A stretch of 64,000 nt of DNA, from NCBI RefSeq assembly GCF_004010195.1, contig NC_057754.1:2264228-2328227 (forward strand), in the 5' to 3' direction. Under the pieces are notes generated by a model that ran no database searches, was not told where the DNA came from, and saw only the letters and a list, made by a program, of their open reading frames with translations. Within the stretch, counting starts at the first letter, position 1. Every line of letters begins with the position of its first letter. This DNA is from Chiloscyllium plagiosum (lineage: Eukaryota). A program made the translations under genes and the position numbers. Below are positions 50,662-62,325 of this stretch, in pieces.

Positions 50662-51319
50662 GTAGAATCCCTACCGAGTGGAAATAGGTCCTTCGACCCA
50701 ACAAGTCCACACTGACCCTCTGAAGAGTATCCCACCCAAACCCACTCCCCTACATTTACCCTGACTCATGCACCTTACCTACACATCCCTGGACACTACG
50801 AGGCAATTTAGCACGGCCAATTCACCCTAACCTGCATATCCCTGAACACTATGGGGCAATTGAGCACAGCCAATCCACCTTAACCTGCACTACCCTGAAC
50901 ATTATGGGGCAATTGAGCATGGCAGATGCTGGAGATTAGAGTCGAGAGTGTGAGGCTGGAAAAGCACAGCAGGTCAGGCATCCAAGGAGCAGGAAAATCA
51001 ACGTTTCGGGCAAAAGCCCTTCATCAGCAAGGCTTGATGAAGAGCTTTTGCCTGAAACATTGATTTTCCTGCAATTTAGCATGGCCAAATTCACCTAACC
51101 TGCGCATCCCTGACCACTGTGGGCAATTTAGCACAGCCAATTCACCTAACCTGCACACCTTTAGACTGCGGGAGAAAACTGGAGCACCCAGAGGAAATCC
51201 ACGCAGACACAGGGAGAATATATAAACTCCACCCAGACAGTTCCCCGAGGCTGGAATCAAACCCCGGTCCCTGATGCTGTGAGGCAGCAGTGCTAGCCAA
51301 TAAGCCACCATGCCACCCC
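50662..51319 (-). mobile_element. V-SINE with an internal ~50-bp tandem expansion and a PLE insertion
   Basis: About five copies of ACCTGCAYATCCCTGRACACTAYGGGGCAATTKAGCAYRGCCAATTCACCTA between tail and V-domain. Confidence 0.88.
50922..51071. mobile_element. Inverted pair of PLE pLTR fragments (family A), both with hammerheads
   Basis: Minus arm CTGATGA-a-GGGC-tttt-GCCC-GAAAC-GTT. Plus arm TTGATGA-a-GAGC-tttt-GCCT-GAAAC-ATT. Flanks GCAATTKAGCATGGC. Confidence 0.85.
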
Positions 51320-52084
51320 TAGTAGGTTTCTCCATTTCTGTCATATTTAATTTCTCCCTCCTATTACCACATTTTCTTCATTCATCTCTCCTGCAAGTGG
51401 TTATTCTTTGCGGGCTATGCCTGGGTGTAGGCATGGCTGACTCTGTGGTCCTGCCCTTGCCATTTATATCCAATAGGAGGCTTTAATGCTTCGCAGTTGT
51501 GAGTGGGAATCCCTTCCAAGTGCAGACGCACCAAGGCCCACATTGACATCCCGACTGCAAAAACAGGAACACTTTGAGGCAAGCGACAGATGAGTCCCTC
51601 AGTCGTTTTTTTTTTGTTTGGTGTGAGGCCAAGGTTCACAGATGGAGAGCAATCACATTTGGTGCCCTGTTATTTCTTATGGTTTCCAAAGAAAAGTAAG
51701 AGGCAATTTCATTGGATTCAACTTCATTGTTACATGACTTGCTTCTTTATGAAAGAGAAAATTGCTGGTTTTCACATGACAAATAACATACTGTGCACTA
51801 ATCCAAGCTTGGAAATTACTGGATTTCCAAAGGGAATTGTTATATATTCAGTATATGTATTACCGATCCTTTAACTTAGCTGCCATTTTCTATCCCTGAA
51901 GGATTTAATTTTTTTTTGATGAGTGTATAATGTTTTTCTCTTCAGTAGAAATTGTGTATTTCCTCTGTGTCACAGCATTTCCCACAAAAAATGGTCTACG
52001 TTGGGGATCTGTGTCATTCATTTTTGGGTACAGAGCTCCTTTTCCTCTATTACACACTTGTGTGCTGCACACAGTATCCTTCAG

Positions 52085-52298
52085 ATACACATGGTCAGAC
52101 CATATGTAGAGTTTGCTGACAATACAAAACCTTGTAGCCTTATCAACTGAGGAAGACAGTGTAAATCTTGAAAAGGACATTGATAACTTGTTGGATTGGG
52201 GGATGGATGGCAGATATAGCTCAGTGTGCAGAAGTATGGCAATACATTTTGGTACAAGGAAAATGGATAGACAGTATAAAATAAAGAGTACAACTCTT
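52085..52298 (+). mobile_element. Old CR1 RT fragment, resumes at 54721-54875
   Basis: FADNTK motif (TTTGCTGACAATACAAAA). AAAATAAAGAGTACAA continues as ATTCTAAAACATGTGCAGGAGCAGAGAGACCTGGG. Confidence 0.7.
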
Positions 52299-52397
52299 TG
52301 GGACGGCATGGTGGCTCAGTGGTTAGCACTGCTGCCTCTCAGCACCAAGGTCCTAGGTTTAGTTCCATCCTCAGGCTATGTGCAGTTTGTTTTTATG

Positions 52398-52778
52398 TTG
52401 TCACAATGTACCTAAGTGCAGTGAAAATTTTGTTTTACAGACAGTACAGGCAGATTATAACATACAAGGACAAACAGATCATAGGGTGGTTAAACACCGT
52501 GAGGCATACAGAGAAACAGCCGCACAGGAGACGCACAAAGGCAAGGTCAACATTAGATTTTAAATAGAGAGGACCATTCAGCAGTCTAATAACAGCAGGG
52601 AAGAAGCTGTTCTTGAACCTTTTGGTACATGTGTTTAAACTTCTGTATCTTCTGTCTGATGGAAGGGAGTATAATTGAGGTGTGGAGTCTTTGATGATGT
52701 TGGCTGTCCTTCCACAGCTACAGGAAGTGTACATGGGTTCTATGAATGGGAGATTGGCTTACATGATGGTCTGGGCGG
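52398..52778 (-). mobile_element. Rex1/Babar 3' fragment
   Basis: TANIIKDS..LPSDRRYRSLNTCTKRFKNSFFPAVIRLLN. Confidence 0.88.
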
Positions 52779-52897
52779 TGTAGGCAGGTTTCCTCCGGGT
52801 GTTCGGTTTTCCTCCCGCAGTCCAATGATGTGCAGGTTTGGTGGTTGGGCTATGTAAAATTGCCCATAGTGTCCAGGAATATGCAGGCTAGGTGATT

Positions 52898-54591
52898 TTG
52901 CATCAGTGCTTACAGCGGAGAAGGACATAGAAAATATAGAATGTACGGAAACAGATGGTGACATCTTGAAAAATGTCTATATTACAGAGGAAGAAGTGCT
53001 GGATGTCTTGAAACGCATAAAATGGATAAATCCCCAGGACCTGATCAAGTGTACCTGAGAACTCTGTGGGAAGCTAGGGAAGTGATTTCTGGGCATCTTG
53101 CTGAGATATTTGTACCATCGATAGTCACGGGTGAGGTGCCAGAAGACTGGAGGTTGGCTAATATGGTCCACTATTTACGAAAGGTAGTAAGGGCATGCCA
53201 GAGAACTATAGACCAGTGAGCCTGACCTCGGTGGTGGGCAAGTTGTTGGAGGGAATCCTGAGGGACAGGATGTACATGTATTTAGAAAGGCAAGCACTGA
53301 TTAGGGATAGTCAACATGGCTTTGTGCGTGGGAAATCATGTCTCACAAACTTGATTGAGTTTTTTTTCAAGAAGTAACAAAGAGGATTGATGAGGGTAGA
53401 GTGGGAGACATGATCTGTATGGACTTCAGTAAGGCATTCGACAAGGTTCCCCATGGGAGACTAGTGAGCAAGGTTAGATCTCATGGAATACCGGGAGAAC
53501 TAGCCATTCGGATACAGAACTGGCTCAAAGGTAGAAGACAGAGGGTGGTGGTGAAGGGTTGTTTTCAGACTGGAGGCCTGTGACCAGTAGAGTGTCGCAA
53601 GGATCGGTGCTGGGTCCACTACTTTTCGTCATTTATATAAATGATTTGGATGTGAACATTGGAGGTATATTTAGTAAGGTTGCAGCTAATGCCAAAATTG
53701 GAGATGCAGTGGACAGCGAAGAAGGTTACCTCAGATTACAACGGGATCTTGACCAGATGGGTCAATGGTCTGAGGAATGGCAGATGAAGTTTGATTTAGG
53801 TAAATGCGAGATGCTGCATTTTGGGAAAGACAAATCAGGGCAGGACTTATATACTTAATGGTAAGTTCCTGGGGAGTGTTGCTGAACAAAGAGACCTTGG
53901 AGTGCAAGTTCATAGGTCTTTGAAAATGGAGTCGCAGGTAGATAGGATAGTGACAAAGGTGTTTAGTATGCTTTCCTTTATTGGTCAGAGTATTGAGTAC
54001 AGGAATTGGAAGGTCATGTTGCAGCTGTACAAGACATTGGTTAGGCCACTTTTGGAATATTGTGTGCATTTCTGGTCACCTTCCTATCGGAAGGATGTTG
54101 TGAAACTTGAAAGGATTCAGAAAAAATGTACAAGGATGTTGCCAGGGTTGGAGGATTTGAGCTTTAAGGAGAGGCTGAATAGGCTGGGGCTGTTTTCCCT
54201 GGAGCGTTGGAGGCTTAGGGGTGACCTTTCAGAGGTTTATATAATCATGAGGGGCATGGATAGGGTAAATAGACAAGATCTTTTCCCTGGGGTGGGGGAG
54301 TCCGGAACTAGAGGGCATAGGTTTAGGGTGAGAGGGGAAAGATATAAAAGGGGCCTAAGGGGCAACGTTTTCATGCAGGAGGTGATGTGTGTGTGTGGAA
54401 TGGGCTGCATGAGGACATGGAGGATGTTGGTATAATTGCAACATTTAAAAGTCATCTGGATGTGTGTTTGAATAAGAAGGGTTTGGAGGGCCGGGTGCTG
54501 GCAAGTGGGACTAGATTAGGTTGGGATATCTGGTCGGCATGGACGAGTTGGGCCAAAGTGTCTGTTTCTGTGCTGTACATTTCTATGACTC
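52898..54591 (+). pseudogene. CR1 (HER1-like) ORF2 RT, frameshifted, with 3' tail
   Basis: KSPGPDQVY, NYRPVSLTS, DFSKAFDKVPH, QGSVLGPLLFVIYINDL, LVRPLLEYCVHFWSP, and tail CTATGACTCT. Confidence 0.96.
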
Positions 54592-55630
54592 TATTAGCCA
54601 TGGGAATTGTAGGGTTTTGAGGAATAAGGCAGTGGAGTGGTCTGAGTGGGATGTTCTTCGGAGGGTTGGTGTGGACTCGATGGGCTGAATGGCTTGCTTC
54701 CACACTGTGACGATTTTATGATTCTAAAACATGTGCAGGAGCAGAGAGACCTGGGAAAATATGTGCATGAGTCAGAAAAGATGGCAGGACAGGTGGAAAG
54801 TGCACAGCATAATGAAGCGTACATTATCCTCAGCTTTATAAATAGTGGCATAGAAGGCAAAAATAAGGAGGTACTAACTACTGGACAGACCACCCAATCT
54901 AGACACAAGAAAAGATCATGGCAACCCCGTTGACCTGGTGAAATCTTCCGAGCAAACATTTGGAAGTTAGTGACAAAATTGGGAGAGGTGTCTCACAGAC
55001 TAGTCAAAGAACGCACTGACATAGTCATACTTGTGGAAACATACCTTACAGACAATGTTACTGGTGGCCCAGTGCTTTATGGTCAGGAGGGAGCGCCCTA
55101 GGAGTTCTCAATATTAAGTCTGGACTCCATGAAGTCTCAAGGCACCAGGTCAAACTTTCTGCTGGTTACCATTTATTGCCTACTCTCAACTGATGGAACA
55201 GTTCTCCTCTAAGCTGCACAACACTTGGAGGAAATACTGAGGGTGGCAAGGCCACAAAGTGCTGTGGTTAGGGAACTTGATCATTAAGAGGAGCACAACA
55301 GTGCCACTATTAAGGTGGTTAAGTCCTAAAGAACATTGCTGCTCTGTGATGAGGGAACCAGCGAGGGAGAGAAAAGACTTACCAGATCCTGACCAATGTG
55401 CCTGCTGCAGATGCACCTGTCCGTGACAGTCTCGGTAGAAGTGACCACCACACAGTCTTTGTGAGGATGACATCCTGTCTTCATATTGAGGGTACCCCCC
55501 TCCATTATGTTAGGTGGCACCATCACCATGCTAAATGGAATAGGTTTTAAACAGATGTGGCAACTCAAGAATCTCCAACACAAACTGCAACATCATGGCC
55601 AACATTTCTCGTAATTACCATTACCCTCAA

Positions 55631-56405
55631 GAGTGGGGTGCTGGAAAAGCACAGCAGGTCAGGCAGCATCCAAGGATCAGGAGAATCGACGTTTTGGGCC
55701 AGAGCCCTTCATCAGGAATGAGGCTGGAAGCCTCAGGGGTGGAGAAGTAAATGGGAGAGGAGTGTCATTTATTGTATCCATTGCTCCCGATGTGGTCTCC
55801 TCTACATTGGGGAGACTGGACACCTTCTTGCAAAGAGCTTTAGAGAACATCTCCGGGACACTTGCACCAGTCAACCCCACCGCCCCGTGGTTGAACATTT
55901 CAACTCCCCCTCCCACTCTGCCAAGGACATGCAGTTCCTGAGCCTCCTCCATCACCACTCCCTCATCACCCGGCCCCTGGAGGAAGAACGCCTCATCTTC
56001 TGCCTCAGGACCCTTCAACCCCAGGGCATCAACGTGGACTTCACCAGTTTCCTCATTTCCTCTCCCCCCACCTTACCCCAATTCCAACCATCCAGCTTAG
56101 CACTGTCCTCATGACCTATCCCACCTGTCATTCTTCCTTCCCACCTATCCGCTCCACCCTCCTCTCCGACCTATCACCTTTACCCCCCCTCCATCCACCT
56201 ATTGCATTCTTAGCTACATTCTCCCCAGTCCCAACCCCCTCCCATTTATATCTCCACCCCCGAGGCTCCCATCCTCATTCCTGATGAAGGGCTCTGGCCC
56301 GAAACGTGGATTCTCCTGCTCCTAGGATGCTGCCTGACCTGCTGTGCTTTTCCAGCAACACACTCTTGACTCTGACCTCCAGCATCTGCAGACCTCACTT
56401 TCTCC
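55631..56405 (+). mobile_element. Neptune-like PLE (family A): inverted pLTR, GIY-YIG domain and pLTR, perfect 14-bp TSD
   Basis: ACCATTACCCTCAA at 55617 and 56406. The open frame 55764-56114 reads VIYCIHCSRCGLLYIGETG..FREH..HFNS..EERLIF..QPQGIN. 55631-55760 is the reverse complement of ~56238-56365. Confidence 0.93.
56276..56312 (+). ncRNA. Minimal hammerhead motif (family A)
   Basis: CATTC-CTGATGA-a-GGGC-tctg-GCCC-GAAAC-GTG-GATT. The triplet is GUG here versus GUC in the sister copy. Confidence 0.7.
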
Positions 56406-56659
56406 ACCATTACCCTCAAACCAGAAGATTAGCCCTGTTCAATGAACAGTGCAAGAGAGCATTCCAGGAGCAGCACCAGGCATATCTGAAAATGAGTTGT
56501 CAATCAGGTGTGCCACATACCATCAGTGTCAACCAATGGATCAGATCTAAACTCTACAGCCTTGCTACACCAGACGTGCCCAGCATCACAGATGCCAGCT
56601 TTCAGCCAATTCAGTTCACTCAATGTGATATCAGTAGCAGCAGAATATACCATCCACAA

Positions 56660-57290
56660 GGTGCACAGGTGAAAGGTCAGAGGGAAGAGGGGAAATGAGG
56701 AAACTGGTGAAATCCACGTTGATGACGTGGGGTTGGAGAGTCCTGAGACGGAAAATGAATCGTTCTTCCACCAGGCATCAGGTGGTTAGGGAGTGGCAAT
56801 GGGGGAGGCCCAGGACCTGCATGTCCTCAGCGGAATTGGAGGAGGAATTGAAGTGTTCGGCCATGGGGCAGTGGGGTTGATTGGTGCAGATGTCCCGGAG
56901 GTGTTCTCTGAAGCACTCTGCGAGAGGGCGGCCTGTTTCCCCAATGTAGAAGAGAGTGCAATGGGAGCAACGGATACAGTAAATGATGTGTGTGAAAGTG
57001 CAGGTGAAACTTTGATGGATGTGGAAGGTTCCTTTGGGGCCTTGGACGGAGGTGAAGGGGGAGGTTTTACAATTTCTGCGGTGACGGGGAATGTGCCAGG
57101 AGGGGAGGGTGGGTTGTTGGGGGGTGTGGACCTGACAAGGTAGTCATGGAAGGAATGGTCTTTACGGAAAGCAGATAGGGGTCAGGATGGAAATATATCT
57201 CTGGTGATGGGGTCCGATTGCAGGTGGTGGAAATGGCGGAGGATAATGTGCTGTATCTGGAGATTAGTGGGGTCAAAGGTGAAGACCAGA
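56660..57290 (-). mobile_element. Neptune-like PLE fragment (Cys linker and GIY-YIG)
   Basis: Minus translation RRNCKT..TSVQGPKGTFHIHQSFTCTFTHIIYCIRCSHCTLFYIGETGRPLAECFREHLRD. Confidence 0.9.
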
Positions 57291-57629
57291 GTTCTCAGTG
57301 CGAGAACACAAACACTGACTCGTCGAGGAATACTTTTGTTATGAAACAATCATAGTTAGACTTATTACTTTGCTCCAAATGTATTTCAAAGCACCATGGT
57401 TTTCCTATGGTTTATTATGTGATCCAGACAATGCGCTATAGATCGGTGTTATACCATGGGGTAAAGCTTATATCATTACCATGGCCAGTGAATTTGAGTC
57501 ATGTAGAACAAAGATGGTGCCAGGTAAATTCTCTGAACTGTTCTGATTGTAGCAGGGATGGCAGTCACCAACCACAATTGGCTTTATTAGCCTTAGGCTA
57601 GAGAGAAGCCACTATTCAGTGTGCAGTAG

Positions 57630-58005
57630 TCTTACTTCAGTCAGAAGGCTGAGGGTTCATTTATCATTCAAGAAACTGGAATGCAAAGGCCCTGACAGAA
57701 TCTCCAGTGCAATGCTGAGGGAGTTGCTAATTTTTTTTGTTTACATGTTAACCACGATACATGCATGACATTCTATTGAGTATTTTGAAAATTGGGGATT
57801 TACCACAGACCTGGTCACTATTTATCCCATAACTAACCACATTAAAACAGATTATTTGGCTATTATCACAACGCTGTTTGTGTGAATTTTTGTGCAATTG
57901 ACTTCTGCATTTCCTACAATGCCGCAGTGACCACAGACAAAACATGTATAATTGGCTGTAAGGTACCTAGGGTTGACCAAGAACTGCAAATAGTGCTATA
58001 TAACT
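57630..58005 (+). mobile_element. Degenerate DeuSINE
   Basis: AGTCAGAAGG..CCAGTGCAATGCTGAGGGAG..AAAACAGATTATTTGG..CATTTCCTACAATG..GTGCTATATAA. Confidence 0.7.
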
Positions 58006-58631
58006 CCAAAATTAAAAACTCCAAACTCACACCGACACACGGACCCTCTCACACATACCCCATCACACTCACACACAATTAACCAAGCTTACACACACAC
58101 ACACACACACACTATCACATGCACTCACACCCAGATGCACATTCAATCTGTCGTTCCTACATGTGCACACATATAAGCTTATGGGTTGAATTTGTTTTTA
58201 CAGAATTCCATTTTATTTTGCTCAAAAACTGCATGAATCTATGTAAAACTCTGTAAAACTATACAGAGGGTTTATCAGTCTGACACAGCATTGGGATACA
58301 GACAGACTTCACACTTATTGTTTAAAAAACTGAGCTAGCTTGAGAATGTAATTTAAATGAAGTTCTGGGATTTACATATCATAGAACAGAAACCAGTATA
58401 TCCCATTATAAAAGATGAAAGTTTTAATCTAAGATTGCTTACTGTGTCAAATCTCCATGACACTGGCCTCGTTTGGCTGTACATTCTGTGAGCATGATCT
58501 TAACCTCCACAACCACCTGAAGGAGCAGCACTCTGAAAGCTAGTGCTTCCAAATAAATCTGTTGGCCTATAACCTGGTGTTGTGATTTTTAGCTCTGTCA
58601 ACCCCAGTCGAACACCAGCACCTCAAAGTCA
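58006..58631 (+). mobile_element. PLE family B long pLTR with (CA)n and a deleted hammerhead core; 9-bp TSD TATATAACT
   Basis: CAC-CTGA[-]AGGAGCAGCACTCT-GAAAG-CTA-GTG, with 3' end as in 21560-21670. TATATAACT occurs at 57997 and 58632. Confidence 0.75.
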
Positions 58632-58989
58632 TATATAACTTCAAGTATTTTTTGTTGGACCCGAGCAGACATCAATGCCTTCAGGAAATGAGGAGTTTGC
58701 AAATATAAACATCCTAGTGGCTTCCACTTTATTTAATGCTTTGATCCTTAGTAATAGTTTATGTATGGACAATAATTGACTTACTCTATTGTCATTGAAG
58801 TTTGAGCACTGACAAAATTCTGGATCTTGTTTTACTACAAGCATCACCTGAAATAACAGGAGAATTGAAGTAGCTAAACGGGACAGATGTCTGGAGATTC
58901 TCAATTTAAACATTTTCATATTATAATCAGAAAAAGGGAATCAGGACTGTGCCCAGATCCCAGGCCTGCCCACTAGAGGAAGATGTCAG

Positions 58990-59079
58990 GCACCCTCGGA
59001 TGCTGGTTGACCTGGTGTGCTTTTCCAGCACCAAACTCTTCGACTCTGATCTGCAGCATGTGCAGTCCTCACTTTCTCC
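58990..59079 (+). mobile_element. PLE family A 3' tail only, ~19-bp TSD
   Basis: Ends CAGTCCTCACTTTCTCC. CACYAGAGGAAGAKGTCAG occurs at 58971 and 59080. Confidence 0.8.
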
Positions 59080-59976
59080 CACCAGAGGAAGAGGTCAGTC
59101 TTTCGGGATTTTCAAGGCAATGTCTCTTAATTGGCACTGAAACAGTTTTATTGAATTCAAATTCTACGTTCTGCCTTTGCATGATTTAAACCCTGGTCCC
59201 TAGAACATCACCTGGGTCTCTAGATTAATAGTACAGTGATAATACCACAAGGTCATTATACAGTGTGGAGGCAAAGCATATATAAAGCATAGCATTTTGG
59301 CCCATAAAATCCAAGCACTTACCACATACTGTACACTTCTTATTTGCTATTCCCTATTCAAGTATGTGTCTCTGGACTTTGTAAAGTGATCAATGCACAT
59401 TAATGGAAATATGGATACTTTGTAGCACAAGAGATTTTCTTTGAGTTGGATTTTGTTGTAAAACAGGTTAACAATGCTCATTGTTACTTGCGCATATACT
59501 GGACAGCAACTTTATCAATTGAACACGTGCAGTGAAAATTTCAAAGTTTCTTGTCATCTGATTCACCATTCAAACCAAATGAACAGACAATAGATGCTGT
59601 ACTCAACTATAAGATACAGAATAAACACACCAGAGAAGATAGATCAGGGTTTCTTCTTTCCTATGTATTTAACTGCTTAAACCTGTAGTAAGTCTTAATT
59701 AGTCCTCAGATGGTGCATCCACTTAAGGTTGACTACTGAATACCTGATTCATCTCCATTGTATTAACCATGCATCTGTGTAGTTCACCATTGATGGTGGG
59801 GGATGAGGCTGAACAGAGATAGTATGTTGACTTTAAGGCAGACTCATGCAGAGTTGTTGGAATAAGGTTCATCTACGCTGACTATACACAGCAAAGCTGG
59901 TCTAGACTCTAGAGACAATGATCAATGTTTACACATATGATCTGCAGTCTGACAAGATTGACATTGATAATGTTAC

Positions 59977-60202
59977 CTCTCCGTCCCCACCCCAGTCTGA
60001 CCTATCACCCTCACTTTGACCTCTTTCCACCTATCACATTTCCGACGCCCCTCTCCCAAGTCCCTCCTCCCTACCTTTTATCTTAGCCTGCTGGACAAAC
60101 TTTCCCCATTCCTGAAGAAGGGCTTATGCCCGAAACGTCGATTCTCCTGTTCCCTGGATGCTGCCTGACCTGCTGCGCTTTTCCAGCAACACATTTCCAG
60201 CT
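59977..60202 (+). mobile_element. PLE family A pLTR
   Basis: Similar to 56150-56365. Confidence 0.85.
60107..60143 (+). ncRNA. Best-preserved minimal hammerhead motif (family A)
   Basis: CATTC-CTGAAGA-a-GGGC-ttat-GCCC-GAAAC-GTC-GATT, with intact core and a GUC triplet. Confidence 0.78.
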
Positions 60203-61558
60203 GTAAGTTAAAGAGACAAGTTTTTTGAAGCTTCTAACATATGCTTAAATACCACAAACCAACAAGCGATGCCAACATTTTGTGATCTTAATTTCTATAT
60301 CTGGGGTCCAACCTCACTCATCACTGCTGCATGTAGAAAATCCCTATACTCCAGAGTGTGCCTTTACCTATCCAGTAGCCAAATAATTGTTAACAAATCT
60401 GGGGATCAAACAGCAAGCTCTTCTAACCATGTTTCGGTTTGCTGGTCTTATTGCCTGGCTCCCATCTGATGTCCCTTGACTTCAGACAGTGATGAAATAA
60501 ATAAATACTTACCGGTCCTTGGCTTAGAGTAGGAACAGTCTGGCAGATTTATTGAACAGTAACTGGATAATTGAACAGATGCAATAACAAACTTAGATTT
60601 ACCGTAGTTATAGGCTTAACTATGCCTCCTCTTAAGATAAAAGGTAATGAATCATCCTGTCTGCTGCACCAAGCTGTTGGAGTGAATATAATGGAATGGA
60701 ACGGTGGGCCTGCATTCCTTGTAGCATTTGTTCAAAAGACCTGCAACTGACAGGCACCTCACTTGCTCCAATCGGATTATTACAGACTTTCCACCGAGGC
60801 ATCATTTGTTACCAGCTTTAAGAACTGCAGTGTGCCCTACCTTCTGCCAGTCCATAGCCATCCTCAATCCCAGCTTCCTATCTGACCCAAGCTGAGCTCC
60901 TGAGGCCCACAAACACACCCTATCACCCTGACCAGCTACTCACACAATGTGGAAGAGAAATCTGGAACTCCAAAAGTCTGTGAACATTTGTTGAAATTTT
61001 CAAGACTGGGATAGATGTTTTTGAGGAAAGTTTTGAGGAAAATGGAACTGGTATCCATACCAATCACGATCCAGTTAAGTGGTGGAGAATGGGCTGTTCC
61101 AGTTCCTGAGGCTCTGAATCAATGATATTACTGTGCAATATGATTAAAAACAGTTCCCCTGTTTGTGCACCATTCTCAGCAGCAGGTCACTTTCTTTCAA
61201 AGTCCTGTCTTAGCGATCATAGAGTCCAACACAGAGGGAGGCCATTTGGCCCATCTTGCCCCTGCACCTTTTAGATTAGTCCCACTTATTTACCTTTTTT
61301 CCTCAGTTGTTATAATGTTTCCCTTTAAAGTTGTGTATGATTCCCTCTGAAAGTTACTATGGAATCAGGTTTAACAGCATCTCAGACGGCACATTCCAGA
61401 TCACAGCAACTCACTGCAAAACATCTTATTCCTTCTGCTTTCCTTTGGTCAATTATCTTAAATCTGCATCCTGTGGTAACTCAGCTTGCTGCTGCTGGAA
61501 ACAGCATCTCCATATTTACTTTTCCAAAATCATGCATGGTTACTGGATGTCTCTATTT

Positions 61559-61640
61559 AATGATGTGAAGGTGCTGGTGTTGGTCTGGGGTGGACAAGGT
61601 CAGAGGTCACATGTCAGCAGGTTATAGTCAAACAGGTTTA
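61559..61640 (-). mobile_element. PLE family B 3' tail
   Basis: GATGTGAAGGTGCTGGTGTTGG..GGTGGACAAGGTCAGA resembles 28760-28840. Confidence 0.65.
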
Positions 61641-62325
61641 AATGAGCTACACTCTTGCATTAGGAAACAATAAACTGTGGGAGGACTACACTGTAATGCG
61701 ACCAGCATTAACAGCAAGAATGACATTAATAATTAGTAATGGTGCAATAGATTGTCATCTCCAGATTGGAGACACTCAGCTCTGTATGAGAGCACGGAAC
61801 ATGTCCTCTTCCTGAAGGCTGTACTTTTGTGCATTTTGGTTACTATTCCTGATGGTTGTGGTTTAAATGTTTTATTGGTTTTGTGAATGCAATAAATCCT
61901 TCTGGCAAGACAAAACAGGTGAAATATTTTCAGGTTTCGAGAGTGGAATGTTTGAAATGCACAGCAAGTGGGTCGGTGTGACAAGGAAACAGGTGTGGGT
62001 TAATGGTTTTCTCTCGCCCTTCATCAAAGGGCTCTTCCAGTCAGGATTAGAAACCCTAAAGCAACCTTGTCCTGGCCATCAATCCTCGCAGCCAACAGCA
62101 GAGTGGTTCAGTGTTGAAACATAGCCCCCTTTACGACCCTAGCCATCTTAGATGGGGGTTTGGGCTTGAAAACACAAACAGATCCACCATGATCATATTG
62201 AATGGTGGAGCAGGCTTCAAGGACTGATCAGTCTATATCTGTTCCTAGTTCATATTCCCACATTGAAAGGTTCTGAAGCCACTTTGACAGCTGCTGAGAA
62301 AAGGCCTACTCTCTCTTTTGAGAGA

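Larger units (their letters stand above)
52301..54725 (+). mobile_element. V-SINE split into three pieces (52301-52385, 52779-52897, 54592-54725)
   Basis: Head GGACGGCATGGTGGCTCAGTGG, V-domain GGTTTCCTCCGGGT and tail GGTGTGGACTCGATGGGCTGAATGG are collinear. Confidence 0.75.
54905..56633 (+). mobile_element. CR1/L2-group LINE AP-endonuclease region (54905-55630, 56406-56633), host of a PLE
   Basis: Manual translation ANIWKLVTKLGEVSHRLVKERTDIVILVETYL. Later GTAGAAGTGACCACCAC gives the SDH motif. Confidence 0.75.
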
